Shown one piece after another: positions 1-9,829 of a stretch of 64,000 nucleotides of DNA. The stretch is from Chloroflexota bacterium (GTDB lineage Bacteria; Chloroflexota; Limnocylindria; Limnocylindrales; CSP1-4). The stretch spans positions 6,787 through 70,786 of the forward strand of contig JAFMJV010000009.1 in the NCBI GenBank assembly GCA_017853275.1, written 5' to 3'. Both the position numbers and the translations under genes were made by a program. Under the pieces are notes generated by a model. That model ran no database searches. It was given only the letters and a program-made list of their open reading frames with translations, and was not told where the DNA came from. Position 1 is the stretch's first letter. Each line of letters starts with the position of its first letter.

Positions 1-1187
1 GCGGAGCGGTCGAAGTCCGAGGTGACGTGCCGGGCGCGCGCGTAGGCGAGGGCCTCCTGGCCGCCCATGTACTGGATCCCGGGCGGGATGTAGAGCTTGA
101 TGTGGCCGGAGCCGTCATCGGCCGGGTAGTGGTCGTCGTAGACCGGGTTCTGGACGTCGATGATGACGCCGCCCAGGTCGTTGATCACCGCGCGGAAGGA
201 GCGCAGGTCGACGGCCACGAAGTAGTCGATCTTCGACAGGCCGTAGAGCTCGGCGAGCATCCCCTTCAGGGAGTCGAAGCCCTTGTTCTTCTTGTCCCCG
301 GGGAAGAGCCCCGGCGCGACGCGCGAGGCCCAGGTATAGATCGTGTTCGCCTTGTAGGGATAGAGGCCGCCGTACGCCTGGTAGGCGGGCCAGTCGCGCG
401 GGATCGGGAGGTTCTGCGTGTCGCGAGGAAGGCTGATGAAGGCGACCTGCTTCGTCTTCGTGTCGATCTTGACCAGGATCATCGTGTCCGTGAGGTAGCC
501 GGAGTAGTTGTTCCGGCCGCCGTCCGCCCCGACGAGGAGGATGTTCAGCTCCCCGCCCTCGGTCCAGTCCGGACCCTGCGACGGGGTGGGTCCCGGGGTG
601 GGCGTGGGCTCCGCGGGGACGCCGGGGTCCGCGGTGGGCTCGGGGGCGAAGCTCGGGAGCGGGAAGCTGCCTGCGGGCTCGCCGCCCTTCCCCTGCAGCT
701 CGGCGATCTGCTCCGGGGAGAGCGAGGCCTCCACGTCGATCGTGCCGCTGAGCACCTCCTCGAAGGAGGTACGCACGTCATTGACCGGAACAGCGACCGC
801 GATGTGGGTGGCGACGAGCGCGGCGATCGCCGCGACGAGGCCGAGGCCGGAGAGCGTGGTGGAGCCCGCCGCCGCGCCGGGGGTGCCGGCGAGCCGCCAT
901 GCGTCGAGCATGGAGAGGAGGCGGTAGAGCAGGTCGACCCCGAGGAGGAAGAGGAGGACGAGGAGGATCGACGGGTCGGCGAGCCAGCCTTCCACGGTGA
1001 GCCGTGTCTCGCGATTCACGACCAGACCCGCGACGAGCGCGATGACGAGGACGGGGGCGGCGGCCCACGCGATCCCGCGGAGCCAGCGGCCGGCATAGAC
1101 CTGCCCGAGGCCGGGGAGCAGAAGGGAGAGGAAGGCCGCCGCGAACGCGCTGCGGCGGGGGACGGCCGGCATCGGTTCGCGATCCAT
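1..1187 (-). CDS. LytR-CpsA-Psr (LCP) family cell-envelope phosphotransferase; 3' end runs off the window
   Basis: My own translation of the minus strand from ATG 1187: TM segment (LLPGLGQVYAGRW), Pro/Thr linker, then LCP core NILLVGADGG..TDTMILVKID..ISLPRDT..YARARH. Absent from the ORF track because there is no stop in the window. Preferred over the low-complexity + ORF 27..1202. Confidence 0.8.
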   Translation of the reverse strand, partial: MDREPMPAVPRRSAFAAAFLSLLLPGLGQVYAGRWLRGIAWAAAPVLVIALVAGLVVNRETRLTVEGWLADPSILLVLLFLLGVDLLYRLLSMLDAWRLAGTPGAAAGSTTLSGLGLVAAIAALVATHIAVAVPVNDVRTSFEEVLSGTIDVEASLSPEQIAELQGKGGEPAGSFPLPSFAPEPTADPGVPAEPTPTPGPTPSQGPDWTEGGELNILLVGADGGRNNYSGYLTDTMILVKIDTKTKQVAFISLPRDTQNLPIPRDWPAYQAYGGLYPYKANTIYTWASRVAPGLFPGDKKNKGFDSLKGMLAELYGLSKIDYFVAVDLRSFRAVINDLGGVIIDVQNPVYDDHYPADDGSGHIKLYIPPGIQYMGGQEALAYARARHVTSDFDRS

Positions 1188-1259
1188 CGGGGGAGAGCGT
1201 AGCGCCTCCCGGCATCCGGTGCCGGGGGAGGGGCGGCGGCATCCGAGCCTCCCCTCGGC

Positions 1260-1265
1260 TATCCT
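1260..1265 (+). promoter_or_regulatory. candidate -10 box TATCCT for a (near-)leaderless ileS mRNA
   Basis: Isolated AT-rich hexamer in GC-rich DNA, 8 nt upstream of ATG 1274. No SD and no room for a T-box leader. Confidence 0.4.
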
Positions 1266-1273
1266 TTCCTCTC

Positions 1274-4200
1274 ATGCCCGAGCGCCTCTTCCCGCCCGTC
1301 CCCGCCCAGCCGGACTTCCCGGCCCAGGAGCATCGGATCCTCGCCTGGTGGACGGAGCGCGGGATCTTCGCCCGGCTCCGCGCCCAGAACGCGGGCGGCC
1401 CCACCTTCTCCTTCCTGGACGGGCCGATCACCGCGAACAACCCGATGGGCGTGCACCACGCGTGGGGCCGGACCTACAAGGACCTCTACCAGCGCTTCCA
1501 CGCGATGCTCGGCAAGGACCAGCGCTGGCAGAACGGCTTCGATTGCCAGGGGCTCTGGGTCGAGGTCAACGTGGAGCGCGAGCTCGGCTACACGAGCAAG
1601 CGGGATATCGAGCGTCACGGGATCGCCGAGTTCGTCTCGCTGTGCAAGCAGCGCGTCCTCACCTATGCCGCGGTCCAGACCGAGCAGTCGATCCGGCTCG
1701 GGATGTGGATGGACTGGAACGACCCCGCCGAGCTGCGCCGCCTGCGCGACCTCCTGAAGGAGGACCCCACGCGGATCGTCACCGTGGAGGGCCCGCACGG
1801 CCCCGTGACGGATACCGTGGAGATGGTCGTGGGCCGGCTCGGCATGCCGGAGATCGGTGGCTCCTACTTCACCTTCTCCAACGAGAACAACGACCTCATC
1901 TGGGGCTTCCTCGCCGAGTGCCACCGCCGCGGCTGGCTCTACAAGGGCCTGGACGCGATGCCCTGGTGCGCGCGCTGCGGGACCGGGATGAGCCAGATGG
2001 AGATGAACGAGGGCTACGCGGACCGCGAGGATCCCGGGCTCACCGTCCGCTTCCCGCTCGTCGGCCGGCCCGGCGAGGCGCTCCTCGTCTGGACCACCAC
2101 GCCCTGGACGATGACCTCGAATGTGGCGGCCGCGGTCGGCGCGGAGCTCACCTACGTGCGCGTCCGGCAGGGCGACCAGGAGCTGTGGCTCGGCAAGGGG
2201 ACGCTGAAGAGCGCGCTCCGCGGCCCCTTCCAGGTGCTCGAGGAGCGCCCGGGGCGGGAGCTCGTGGGCTGGGAGTACACGGGGCCCTTCGACGATCTCC
2301 CCGCAGTCCGGGATGCCTTCGCGGCGGGCACGGATGCCGGCGGGGCCGCGCCCTACCGGCACCGCGTCGTGGCCTGGGACGAGGTCGGCGAGGAGGAGGG
2401 GACGGGGATCGTCCATATCGCCCCCGGCTGCGGTGCGGAGGACTTCGCGCTCGGCAAGGCGGAGCGCCTGCCGATCATCGCGCCGCTGGACGAGTCGGGA
2501 CACTACCTCGCCGGCTTCGGCGAGCTCGCCGGCCTGGACGCCGGGGCGGTGGCGCCGCGGATCGTGGAGCGGCTCGAGGCGACCGGCTTCTTCTACCACC
2601 TGGAGCCCTACCGCCACCGCTACCCGCATTGCTGGCGCTGCGGCACGGCGCTCATCTTCCGCGTCGTGGACGAGTGGTACATCTCGATGGGCGAGGTCTA
2701 CGACCAGCCGCGCGAGACGCTCACCGCGGAGCAGAAGGAGCGCAGCCTCCGCTACCAGATCATGGATGTCGTGGACGGGATCCGCTGGATCCCGGGCTTC
2801 GGCTACGAGCGCGAGCTCGACTGGCTGCGCACGATGTCCGACTGGATGATCTCCAAGAAGCGCTACTGGGGCCTGGCCCTCCCGATCTGGGAGTGCCACG
2901 ACTGCGGCGCCTTCGACGTCGTGGGCGGCCGGGAGGAGCTCCGGGAGCGCGCCGTGGCGGGCTGGGAGACGCTGGAGGGCCACACGCCGCACCGGCCGTA
3001 CGTGGACGCCGTGGAGCTCGCCTGCGCGGGGTGTGGCGGGCGGATGCAGCGGATCCTCGACGTGGGGAACCCGTGGCTGGATGCGGGGATCGTCCCCTTC
3101 TCCACGCTCCACTATCGCGAGGACCCGGGCTTCTGGGAGAAGTGGTTCCCCGCCGACTTCATCACCGAATCGTTCCCCGGCCAGTTCCGGAACTGGTTCT
3201 ACTCGCTCCTCGCGATGAGCACCGTCCTCCGGCGCGAGGCCCCCTTCCGCACGATCCTCGGCTACGCCACGCTCTTCGGCGAGGACGGCCGCCCGATGCA
3301 CAAGAGCTGGGGCAACGCGATCGAGTTCAACGAGGCCGCCGAGCGGATGGGCGTGGACGTCATGCGCTGGATGTACGCCCGGCAGCGCCCCGAGGACAAC
3401 ATCCTCTTCGGCTACCACGCCGCGGATGATGTCCGGCGGGAGCTCCTCGTCCTCTGGAACGTCCTCGCCTTCCATGTCACCTACGCCCGCCTTGCCGGCT
3501 GGGCGCCGGACCGCTCCCCGATCGGGCCGGCCGCGGCCGATCCCGCTGCCACCGCCCTCGACCGCTGGATCCTCAGCCGGGTGAGCGGCCTCGCGGCCGA
3601 GGTGCGCGCCGAGCTCGAGGATGTGGACGCACGCGCGGCGACGGGCGCCGTCTCCCGCTTCATCGACGACCTCTCCACCTGGTACCTCCGCCGGAGCCGC
3701 CGCCGCCTCTCCCGTCCGGAGGGGAGCGAGGACCGCGGGGCCGCCTTCGCGAGCCTCCACCTCGCGATCGTCTCCCTCGCACGGATCGTGGCGCCGGTCC
3801 TGCCCTTCCTCTCCGAGGAGATCCACGCGATCCTCGTCCGCCCGATCCACCCGGACGCCCCGGAATCGATCCATCTCACCCGGTGGCCGGACGCCGATCT
3901 CGCTGCCCTGCGCGACCCCGGCCTCGAGGCCGCGATGGCGGACCTGCGGCGCGCCGTGGAGCTCGGCCGGACCCTCCGCGGCCAGGCCGGGATCCGCGTC
4001 CGCCAGCCGCTCGGCCGGCTCTGGCTCGCGCTCCCCGGAGGCCGTCTCGGCGGGGACCCGGACGGGGCCACGCGGGACGAGCTCCTCGCCCTTCTCGCGG
4101 ACGAGCTGAACGTCCGCGACGTCGAGGTGATCGGGGACGAGTCCGACCTCGTGGAGCGGCGCGTGAAGCCGCTCCTGCCGCGGATCGGGAAGAAGCACGG

Positions 4201-4675
4201 CGACCGGATCCCCGCGATCATGGCCGGGTGCCGCTCCGGCGAGGCGCGGATCCTCGCGGACGGGAGCGTCGAGGTGGCCGGTGTCACGCTCGCCCCGGAC
4301 GAGGTCGAGATCCTCGCCACGCCGCTCCCCGGGACCGCGGTCGCGCATGACGAGGGGATCGTCGTCGTCATCGACACGACGCTCACGCCGGAGCTCCGGG
4401 CGGAGGGCGATGCGCGGGAGCTGACGCGCGCGATCCAGGACCTGCGCAAGCAGGCGGAGTGCGCGCTGGACGCACGGATCACGGTCCGCGTGGCCGCGCC
4501 GGCAGCGGTCGCCGCCTCGCTCACCGCCTGGACCGCGGCGATCGCGACGGACACGCTCGCGGACGCGATCGCGATCACCGAGGCCCTCCCGGACGGGACG
4601 GCCGCGGCGGAGGTCGAGCTCGACGCCGGGAGCGTCCGGGTCGCGATCTCCGTCGCCGGCAGCGGGCGGGCGTAG
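1274..4675 (+). CDS. ileS: isoleucyl-tRNA synthetase (type 2, long form)
   Basis: 1133 aa. Class I HIGH-type motif PMGVHHAWGR, KMSKS-type PMHKSWGN, editing domain and type-2 C-terminus. The ATG lies 8 nt after a TATCCT box. Confidence 0.95.
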   Translation: MPERLFPPVPAQPDFPAQEHRILAWWTERGIFARLRAQNAGGPTFSFLDGPITANNPMGVHHAWGRTYKDLYQRFHAMLGKDQRWQNGFDCQGLWVEVNVERELGYTSKRDIERHGIAEFVSLCKQRVLTYAAVQTEQSIRLGMWMDWNDPAELRRLRDLLKEDPTRIVTVEGPHGPVTDTVEMVVGRLGMPEIGGSYFTFSNENNDLIWGFLAECHRRGWLYKGLDAMPWCARCGTGMSQMEMNEGYADREDPGLTVRFPLVGRPGEALLVWTTTPWTMTSNVAAAVGAELTYVRVRQGDQELWLGKGTLKSALRGPFQVLEERPGRELVGWEYTGPFDDLPAVRDAFAAGTDAGGAAPYRHRVVAWDEVGEEEGTGIVHIAPGCGAEDFALGKAERLPIIAPLDESGHYLAGFGELAGLDAGAVAPRIVERLEATGFFYHLEPYRHRYPHCWRCGTALIFRVVDEWYISMGEVYDQPRETLTAEQKERSLRYQIMDVVDGIRWIPGFGYERELDWLRTMSDWMISKKRYWGLALPIWECHDCGAFDVVGGREELRERAVAGWETLEGHTPHRPYVDAVELACAGCGGRMQRILDVGNPWLDAGIVPFSTLHYREDPGFWEKWFPADFITESFPGQFRNWFYSLLAMSTVLRREAPFRTILGYATLFGEDGRPMHKSWGNAIEFNEAAERMGVDVMRWMYARQRPEDNILFGYHAADDVRRELLVLWNVLAFHVTYARLAGWAPDRSPIGPAAADPAATALDRWILSRVSGLAAEVRAELEDVDARAATGAVSRFIDDLSTWYLRRSRRRLSRPEGSEDRGAAFASLHLAIVSLARIVAPVLPFLSEEIHAILVRPIHPDAPESIHLTRWPDADLAALRDPGLEAAMADLRRAVELGRTLRGQAGIRVRQPLGRLWLALPGGRLGGDPDGATRDELLALLADELNVRDVEVIGDESDLVERRVKPLLPRIGKKHGDRIPAIMAGCRSGEARILADGSVEVAGVTLAPDEVEILATPLPGTAVAHDEGIVVVIDTTLTPELRAEGDARELTRAIQDLRKQAECALDARITVRVAAPAAVAASLTAWTAAIATDTLADAIAITEALPDGTAAAEVELDAGSVRVAISVAGSGRA

Positions 4676-4716
4676 CGCCGGTGTCGGCGGTGGCCGGAGG
4701 CGCGGCACGGCCCGCG

Positions 4717-5235
4717 ATGCGTCCCCGCCTCCGTCCGTGGCTCGCGTTCCTTGGCGTCGCCGGCGTGGTCGTCATCCTCGACCAGCTCGTGAAGGCCTGG
4801 GTCGCCCTCTCCTTCGCGTTCGCGAACGCGGGTGCCCCGGCCGGGGATCCTGCCGCCCCGACCCCCGTGATCGGCGATCTCGTGCGCATCGCGAAGAGCG
4901 CGAACGACGGCGGGATCTTCGGGACCTTCGGCGCGTCGGCGCCCCTGCTCGCGCTCGCGAGCGTCGGGGTGATCGTGGCGATCGTCGTCGTCCAGGCGCG
5001 CCGCGGGGTCCATGACCGCCTCCTCGGCCTCGCGCTCGCGCTCCTCCTCGGCGGCGCCCTCGGGAACCTGATCGACCGGGTCCGCCTCGGCTACGTGCTC
5101 GACTTCGTGGATGCCGGGATCGGCGGCTGGCGCTGGTACACCTTCAACGTGGCGGATGCCGCGATCAGCATCGCGGTCGTCCTCCTCGTCGTCCACGCGC
5201 TGCGGCCGGCGCCCGGCGGGAGCGCAGCGGCATGA
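4717..5235 (+). CDS. lspA: lipoprotein signal peptidase II
   Basis: C-terminal 172 aa of ORF 4459..5235: TM helices, LGNLIDR and FNVADAAI motifs. Start ATG 4717; GTG 4681 is possible. Confidence 0.88.
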   Translation: MRPRLRPWLAFLGVAGVVVILDQLVKAWVALSFAFANAGAPAGDPAAPTPVIGDLVRIAKSANDGGIFGTFGASAPLLALASVGVIVAIVVVQARRGVHDRLLGLALALLLGGALGNLIDRVRLGYVLDFVDAGIGGWRWYTFNVADAAISIAVVLLVVHALRPAPGGSAAA

Positions 5236-6185
5236 CCGACCGGCGGCTCACGGTGGAGGTCCCCGCCGGCGCAGCGGGGAGCCGCGCGGACCGGTTCGTG
5301 GCGGATGCCTCCGGGCTCTCGCGCGCCTACGTGCAGCGGCTGATCGCGGAGGGCCGGCTCACCGCGGACGGCAACCCGATGCGCGCACGGGACCCGGTGA
5401 CGCCGGGAGCCCACCTGGAGCTGGAGATCCCCGCGGCGGCGGCCGAGCCGGTCCACCTGCCCGAGCAGATCCCCCTGCGCATCGTCTACGAGGACGCGGA
5501 CCTGGTCATCGTGGACAAGCCCGCGGGGCTCGTCACGCACCCCGCCCCGGGCCATGAGACCGGCACGCTCGTCAACGCGCTCCTCGCGATGGACGCCGAG
5601 GACGGGGGCGGGCTGGGCACGATCGCGGGGGTGGACCGGCCGGGGATCGTCCATCGCCTCGACCGGGACACCTCCGGCCTCCTCATGGTCGCGCGGACGG
5701 ATGCCGCCCAGGTGTCGCTCCAGGCCCAGCTGAAGGCGCGCCGGATCCACAAGCGCTACCTCGCCCTCGTGGCGGGAGCGGTCGCGGCGCAGGTCGGACG
5801 GATCGAGGCGCCGATCGGGCGCGATCCGCGCCACCGGCAGCGGATGGCGGTCACCGCGGACGGCAAGCCGTCCACGACCGGCTACCGGGTCCGGGAGCGC
5901 TTCGCCGGCTGGACCCTCCTGGAGCTGGAGCTGATCACGGGGCGGACCCACCAGATCCGCGTCCACCTCGCCTCGATCGGCCATCCCGTCGCGGGCGACC
6001 CGGTCTACGCCACCGGGCCTGCCCGGCGCGGACCGGACGGCCTGGAGCGGCTCTTCCTCCACGCGTGGCGCCTGGAGCTCGTCTCGCCCTCGGATTCCGG
6101 CCTGATCCGTGCGGAGGCCCCGCTGCCCGACGAGCTGGAGAGCGTCCTCGCGCGACTCCGCAGCGCGCAGGAGGTCCGGGCGTGA
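5232..6185 (+). CDS. rluD: 23S rRNA pseudouridine synthase, RluA family (RluD-like)
   Basis: N-terminal S4 domain, HRLDRDTSGLLMVART catalytic-Asp motif, GRTHQIRVH. ATGA overlap with lspA. Confidence 0.9.
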   Translation: MTDRRLTVEVPAGAAGSRADRFVADASGLSRAYVQRLIAEGRLTADGNPMRARDPVTPGAHLELEIPAAAAEPVHLPEQIPLRIVYEDADLVIVDKPAGLVTHPAPGHETGTLVNALLAMDAEDGGGLGTIAGVDRPGIVHRLDRDTSGLLMVARTDAAQVSLQAQLKARRIHKRYLALVAGAVAAQVGRIEAPIGRDPRHRQRMAVTADGKPSTTGYRVRERFAGWTLLELELITGRTHQIRVHLASIGHPVAGDPVYATGPARRGPDGLERLFLHAWRLELVSPSDSGLIRAEAPLPDELESVLARLRSAQEVRA

Positions 6186-6823
6186 GCGAGCGGCCCGTCA
6201 GCCCGGCCCGTCCCGTCATGGGTGCGCCCGGTGCGCTCGTCGTCATCATCTCGGGGCCTTCCGGGGTGGGGAAGGACACGATCATCGAGGCGATGCGCCG
6301 GCGCGGTGAGCGGCCGGACCGCCACTACGTGATCACCTGCACGACCCGCGCACGGCGGGTCTACGAGGAGGACGGCGTCCACTACCACTTCCGGACGGCG
6401 GAGGAGTTCGCCCGGCTGCGGGTGGAGGACGGCCTCCTCGAGGCGGCGGAGGTCCACGGCAACTGGTACGGCACGCCGCGCGCCCAGGTCGCGGATGCGA
6501 TCGCCGCCGGGCAGGATGCGATCCTGAAGATCGACGTCCAGGGTGCCCGCGCGGTGCGTGACCGGATCCCCGGCGCCCTCCTCATCTTCGTCGTCCCGCC
6601 CTCGATCGAGGAGCTCACCGCCCGGCTCGTGGCACGCAGCACGGAGACGCCCGAGGCGCTCGCCCGGCGGATGCGCAACGCGACGGCGGAGATGGCCCGG
6701 GCGGGGGACTACGACCACGTCGTCGTCAACGAGACCGGCCAGGTCGAGCGGACCGCGGAGGCGATCGAGGAGATCATCGCCGCGGAGAAGGCCCGGTACC
6801 CGTCCCGCCGTCTCACCGTCTGA
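6182..6823 (+). CDS. gmk: guanylate kinase
   Basis: P-loop GPSGVGKDT and guanylate kinase core. Start taken at GTG 6182 (GTGA overlap with the rluD stop). ATG 6218 is an alternative. ORF-track start 6065 overlaps rluD. Confidence 0.88.
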   Translation: MSERPVSPARPVMGAPGALVVIISGPSGVGKDTIIEAMRRRGERPDRHYVITCTTRARRVYEEDGVHYHFRTAEEFARLRVEDGLLEAAEVHGNWYGTPRAQVADAIAAGQDAILKIDVQGARAVRDRIPGALLIFVVPPSIEELTARLVARSTETPEALARRMRNATAEMARAGDYDHVVVNETGQVERTAEAIEEIIAAEKARYPSRRLTV

Positions 6824-6834
6824 GCCGCGCCACG

Positions 6835-9282
6835 ATGACCGCGGGCGAGGGCTTCGCGGAGGTCGCCGTCGATGTCGCCGGGGTCCCCGGCGGGCGGACC
6901 TACAGCTACCGGATCCCCGACGCGCTCGCGGATCTCGCGCCCGGGGACGGCGTCCTCGTCGACTATGGGCGGCGGCCGGCGGTGGGGGTCGTCCTCGCCC
7001 TCGCCGGGGATCCGGGCCGGGAGACGAAGCCGGTCCTCTCCCGGGTCCACGGCGGCGAGTCCATCCTGCCGCCCCTCCAGGCCCGGCTTGCGCTGGAGAT
7101 CGCCCGGGGCTGGCTCGCACCGCCCGGGCTGGTGGTGCGGGCGATGCTCCCGCCCGGCCTCCTCGAGCGGGTCGTCCTCGTGGCCACGCCGGCGCCCGGG
7201 GATCCGGTGATCGTCCCGGAGGGGCCGGCGGCCGAGCTTCTCGCGCGCATCCGGGCGGCCGGTGCGGAAGGGATCGCCGTCCCCGACCTTCCCGCCGAGG
7301 GGAGCCGGGCGACCCTCCTCCGGCGTCTCCGGGAGCTCGAGGGCGCCGGCGCGGTCGCGCTCGCCTGGACGGTCCGGGAAGGCCGCTCGGGTCCGCGCAT
7401 GGAGCGGCGCGCGGCGCTCACCCCGGAGGGCCGCGCGGCTGCCGCCCGGCTGGCGGCCGGAGAGCGCCCGCCGGGTCCGCCGCTCGGACCCCGGCAGCGG
7501 ATCCTCCTTCTCGACCTTGCCGCGCCCGACGCCGCCGATGACGAGAGCGCGGCACGTCTCGCGGACGCCTATGGCCCCTCCGCGGTCGCCGGGCTCGCAC
7601 GACGCGGGCTCCTCACCCTCCATGCGCAGATCGTGGAGCGCTCTCCCACCGCCGGCCGTGCCGCGCCTTCGCGCGGCAGCCTCCCCGCGGGAGGGGAGCG
7701 GAACCCGGGCCAGGAGGGGATCGTCGCGGAGTGCGCGGCGGCCTCCGCGGAGCGCCGCTCCATCGCCTTCCTCCTCGAGGGGCCCACGGCGAGCGGGAAG
7801 ACCGCGGTCTACGCCGGCGCGGTGGCGGCGGCGCTCGCCGCCGGCCGGGGTGCGATCGTCCTCGTCCCCGAGATCCCCCTCGCGCTCCCGCTCCTCGACC
7901 GGCTGCGCCATGACCTCGGCCTCGAGCCGGTCCTCCTCCACAGCGCGCTCACGGATGGGGAGCGGGCGGATGCGTGGCGCCGGATCCGGGCGGAGGCCAC
8001 CCCCGTGGTCGTGGGGACGCGCCTCGCCGTCCTCGCGCCGGTGCGCGACCCGGGGATCGTCATCGTGGACGAGGAGCACGATCCCGCCTACAAGTCGGAC
8101 CGGACGCCGCGGATCCAGGCGCGGGATGTCGCGCTCCTCCTCGGACGGCTCGCCGCCGCGCCCGTCATCCTCGGGAGCGCGACCCCCGAGATCGCCACGA
8201 TCGGCCGTGCGCGGAACGGGGAGCTCCTCCATCGCCGCCTCCCGCGTGCCGCCGGCCGGCCGCCCACGGTGGAGATCATCGACCTGCGCGCGGAGCTGGC
8301 GGCGGGGAACCGGGGGCTGATCTCGGAGCCGCTCGCCGCCGCCCTTGCGGCCCTCGACCCCTCGGTGGGCGACCGGGCGATCCTCGTCCTCAACCGGCGC
8401 GGGAGCGCATCGGTCGTCCTGTGCCGGGACTGCGGCTATCGCCAGGTCTGCCCGGAATGCCTCCGCCCCCTCGTCTTCCACGCCGCCACGATGGGCCTGC
8501 GCTGCCACCACTGCGGCGCCACGGCACCGGTCGCGCGGCGCTGTCCCGCGTGCGCATCGGCGCGGATCCGCTATCTCGGCGGGGGGACCGAGCGCGTGGA
8601 GCGTGAGGTCGCGATCCGGAACCCCGCTCTCCGCGTGGGCCGGCTCGATCGGGATGTGAGCGAGCGGCGGGGGGCCGCCGAGCGGGTCGTGGACGACTTC
8701 ACGGCGGGGCGCATCGATGTCCTCGTGGGGACGAGCCTCGTCACGAAGGGGTTGGATATCCCCGAGGTGACCCTCGTCGGGGTGATCTCCGCCGATGTCG
8801 CGCTCAGCCTGCCGGACGAGCGGGCGGCCGAGCGGACCTGGCAGCTCCTCGTCCAGGCGATCGGACGGGCCGGCCGCGGCGACCGTCCGGGGCGCGCGAT
8901 CATCCAGACCTACCTCCCCGAGCACCCGGTCATCCAGGCGGTCGCGAGCGGCGACCCGACCGAGCTGATCGAGGACGAGCTCGATCGGCGCCGGCGCTTC
9001 GGCGCGCCACCCTACGGCCGGATCGTGAAGCTGACCGTGGCCCACGAGGACCACGCCACGGCGGAGCGACTCGCCCGCGAGCTCGCCGACCGCCTCCGCG
9101 AGCGATCCGTCGTGGAGGCGCGGCGGACCGATGTGCTGGGACCGGTCCCGGCGTACGTGGCGCGGCGGGGAGGCCGCTGGCGGATCCACGTCATCCTCCG
9201 GGGCGCGGACCCCCTCGGGCTCCTCGGTGAGGACCCCGGGCCGCCCTGGAGCGTCGACGTCGACCCCGAGAGCCTTCTCTAG
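6835..9282 (+). CDS. priA: primosomal protein N' (replication restart helicase PriA)
   Basis: Walker A GPTASGKT, DEEH box, Cys-rich zinc region CRDCG..CPEC..CHHCG..CPAC. Confidence 0.93.
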   Translation: MTAGEGFAEVAVDVAGVPGGRTYSYRIPDALADLAPGDGVLVDYGRRPAVGVVLALAGDPGRETKPVLSRVHGGESILPPLQARLALEIARGWLAPPGLVVRAMLPPGLLERVVLVATPAPGDPVIVPEGPAAELLARIRAAGAEGIAVPDLPAEGSRATLLRRLRELEGAGAVALAWTVREGRSGPRMERRAALTPEGRAAAARLAAGERPPGPPLGPRQRILLLDLAAPDAADDESAARLADAYGPSAVAGLARRGLLTLHAQIVERSPTAGRAAPSRGSLPAGGERNPGQEGIVAECAAASAERRSIAFLLEGPTASGKTAVYAGAVAAALAAGRGAIVLVPEIPLALPLLDRLRHDLGLEPVLLHSALTDGERADAWRRIRAEATPVVVGTRLAVLAPVRDPGIVIVDEEHDPAYKSDRTPRIQARDVALLLGRLAAAPVILGSATPEIATIGRARNGELLHRRLPRAAGRPPTVEIIDLRAELAAGNRGLISEPLAAALAALDPSVGDRAILVLNRRGSASVVLCRDCGYRQVCPECLRPLVFHAATMGLRCHHCGATAPVARRCPACASARIRYLGGGTERVEREVAIRNPALRVGRLDRDVSERRGAAERVVDDFTAGRIDVLVGTSLVTKGLDIPEVTLVGVISADVALSLPDERAAERTWQLLVQAIGRAGRGDRPGRAIIQTYLPEHPVIQAVASGDPTELIEDELDRRRRFGAPPYGRIVKLTVAHEDHATAERLARELADRLRERSVVEARRTDVLGPVPAYVARRGGRWRIHVILRGADPLGLLGEDPGPPWSVDVDPESLL

Positions 9283-9291
9283 GGCGCGCCC

Positions 9292-9297
9292 TATACT
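9292..9297 (+). promoter_or_regulatory. candidate -10 box TATACT for a leaderless def mRNA
   Basis: 7 nt upstream of ATG 9305, with no SD between. Confidence 0.4.
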
Positions 9298-9304
9298 TCC
9301 TCCC

Positions 9305-9829
9305 ATGTCCGTTCGCCCGATCGTCACCCTCGGCGACCCGCGTCTCCGGCTCGCCGGAGAGCCGGTCGATCGCTTCGACAAGGCGCTCCACGAGCTCCTC
9401 GACGACCTCACCGAGACGATGCGCGCCGCGCCCGGCCTCGGGCTCGCGGCGCCCCAGCTCGGGGTGTCGCTCCGGGCCTGCGTGGTGGAGCTGGAGGACG
9501 ACCGCGTCCTGGAGCTCGTCAACCCCACGATCGTGCGCGGGGACGGGAACGACCGGGACCTGGAAGGGTGCCTCTCGGTGCCCGGCTACTACGGGTACGT
9601 GGAGCGGCGCGAGAAGGTCTGGGTCGTGGCCCAGGACCGCTTCGGCCGGCGCATCAAGGCGGCCGCGGACGGGATCACCTCGCGCGCCTTCCAGCACGAG
9701 ATCGATCACCTCGAGGGGATCCTCTTCATCGACCACCTCGACTCGCTGGATGACCTCATCCCGGTGAGCCGGATCCGGGCGGAGCAGGGCCTCCCGGAGG
9801 ACGACGAGGCGCTCCCGGCATCCGCGTGA
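9305..9829 (+). CDS. def: peptide deformylase
   Basis: GLAAPQLG, EGCLS and HEIDHL metal-site motifs. ATG 9305 lies inside ORF 9131..9829, 7 nt after a TATACT box. Confidence 0.93.
   Translation: MSVRPIVTLGDPRLRLAGEPVDRFDKALHELLDDLTETMRAAPGLGLAAPQLGVSLRACVVELEDDRVLELVNPTIVRGDGNDRDLEGCLSVPGYYGYVERREKVWVVAQDRFGRRIKAAADGITSRAFQHEIDHLEGILFIDHLDSLDDLIPVSRIRAEQGLPEDDEALPASA

Noticed and set aside
27-1202. 391-aa + strand ORF at the window start
   Set aside because: The translation is low-complexity and Arg/Gly/Asp-rich. The opposite strand encodes a clean LCP-family protein with a TM segment and catalytic-domain motifs, so the + ORF is a GC-driven shadow frame.
1188-1273. T-box or other riboswitch leader for ileS, and likewise for proS at 44152-44194
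   Set aside because: Only 86 nt and 43 nt are available, shared with divergent genes. A -10-like box sits 8 nt from the ileS ATG. No specifier or T-box sequence is visible.
1259-4708. 1149-aa minus-strand ORF antisense to ileS. Similar giants lie at 6709-9528, 23257-26196, 43913-46726, 47192-49807, 52702-56304 and 57305-61513.
   Set aside because: In DNA this GC-rich, stop codons are rare in antisense frames. All of these translate to Arg/Pro/Gly/Ala-rich low-complexity sequence, and each overlaps a gene with unambiguous motifs on the + strand.
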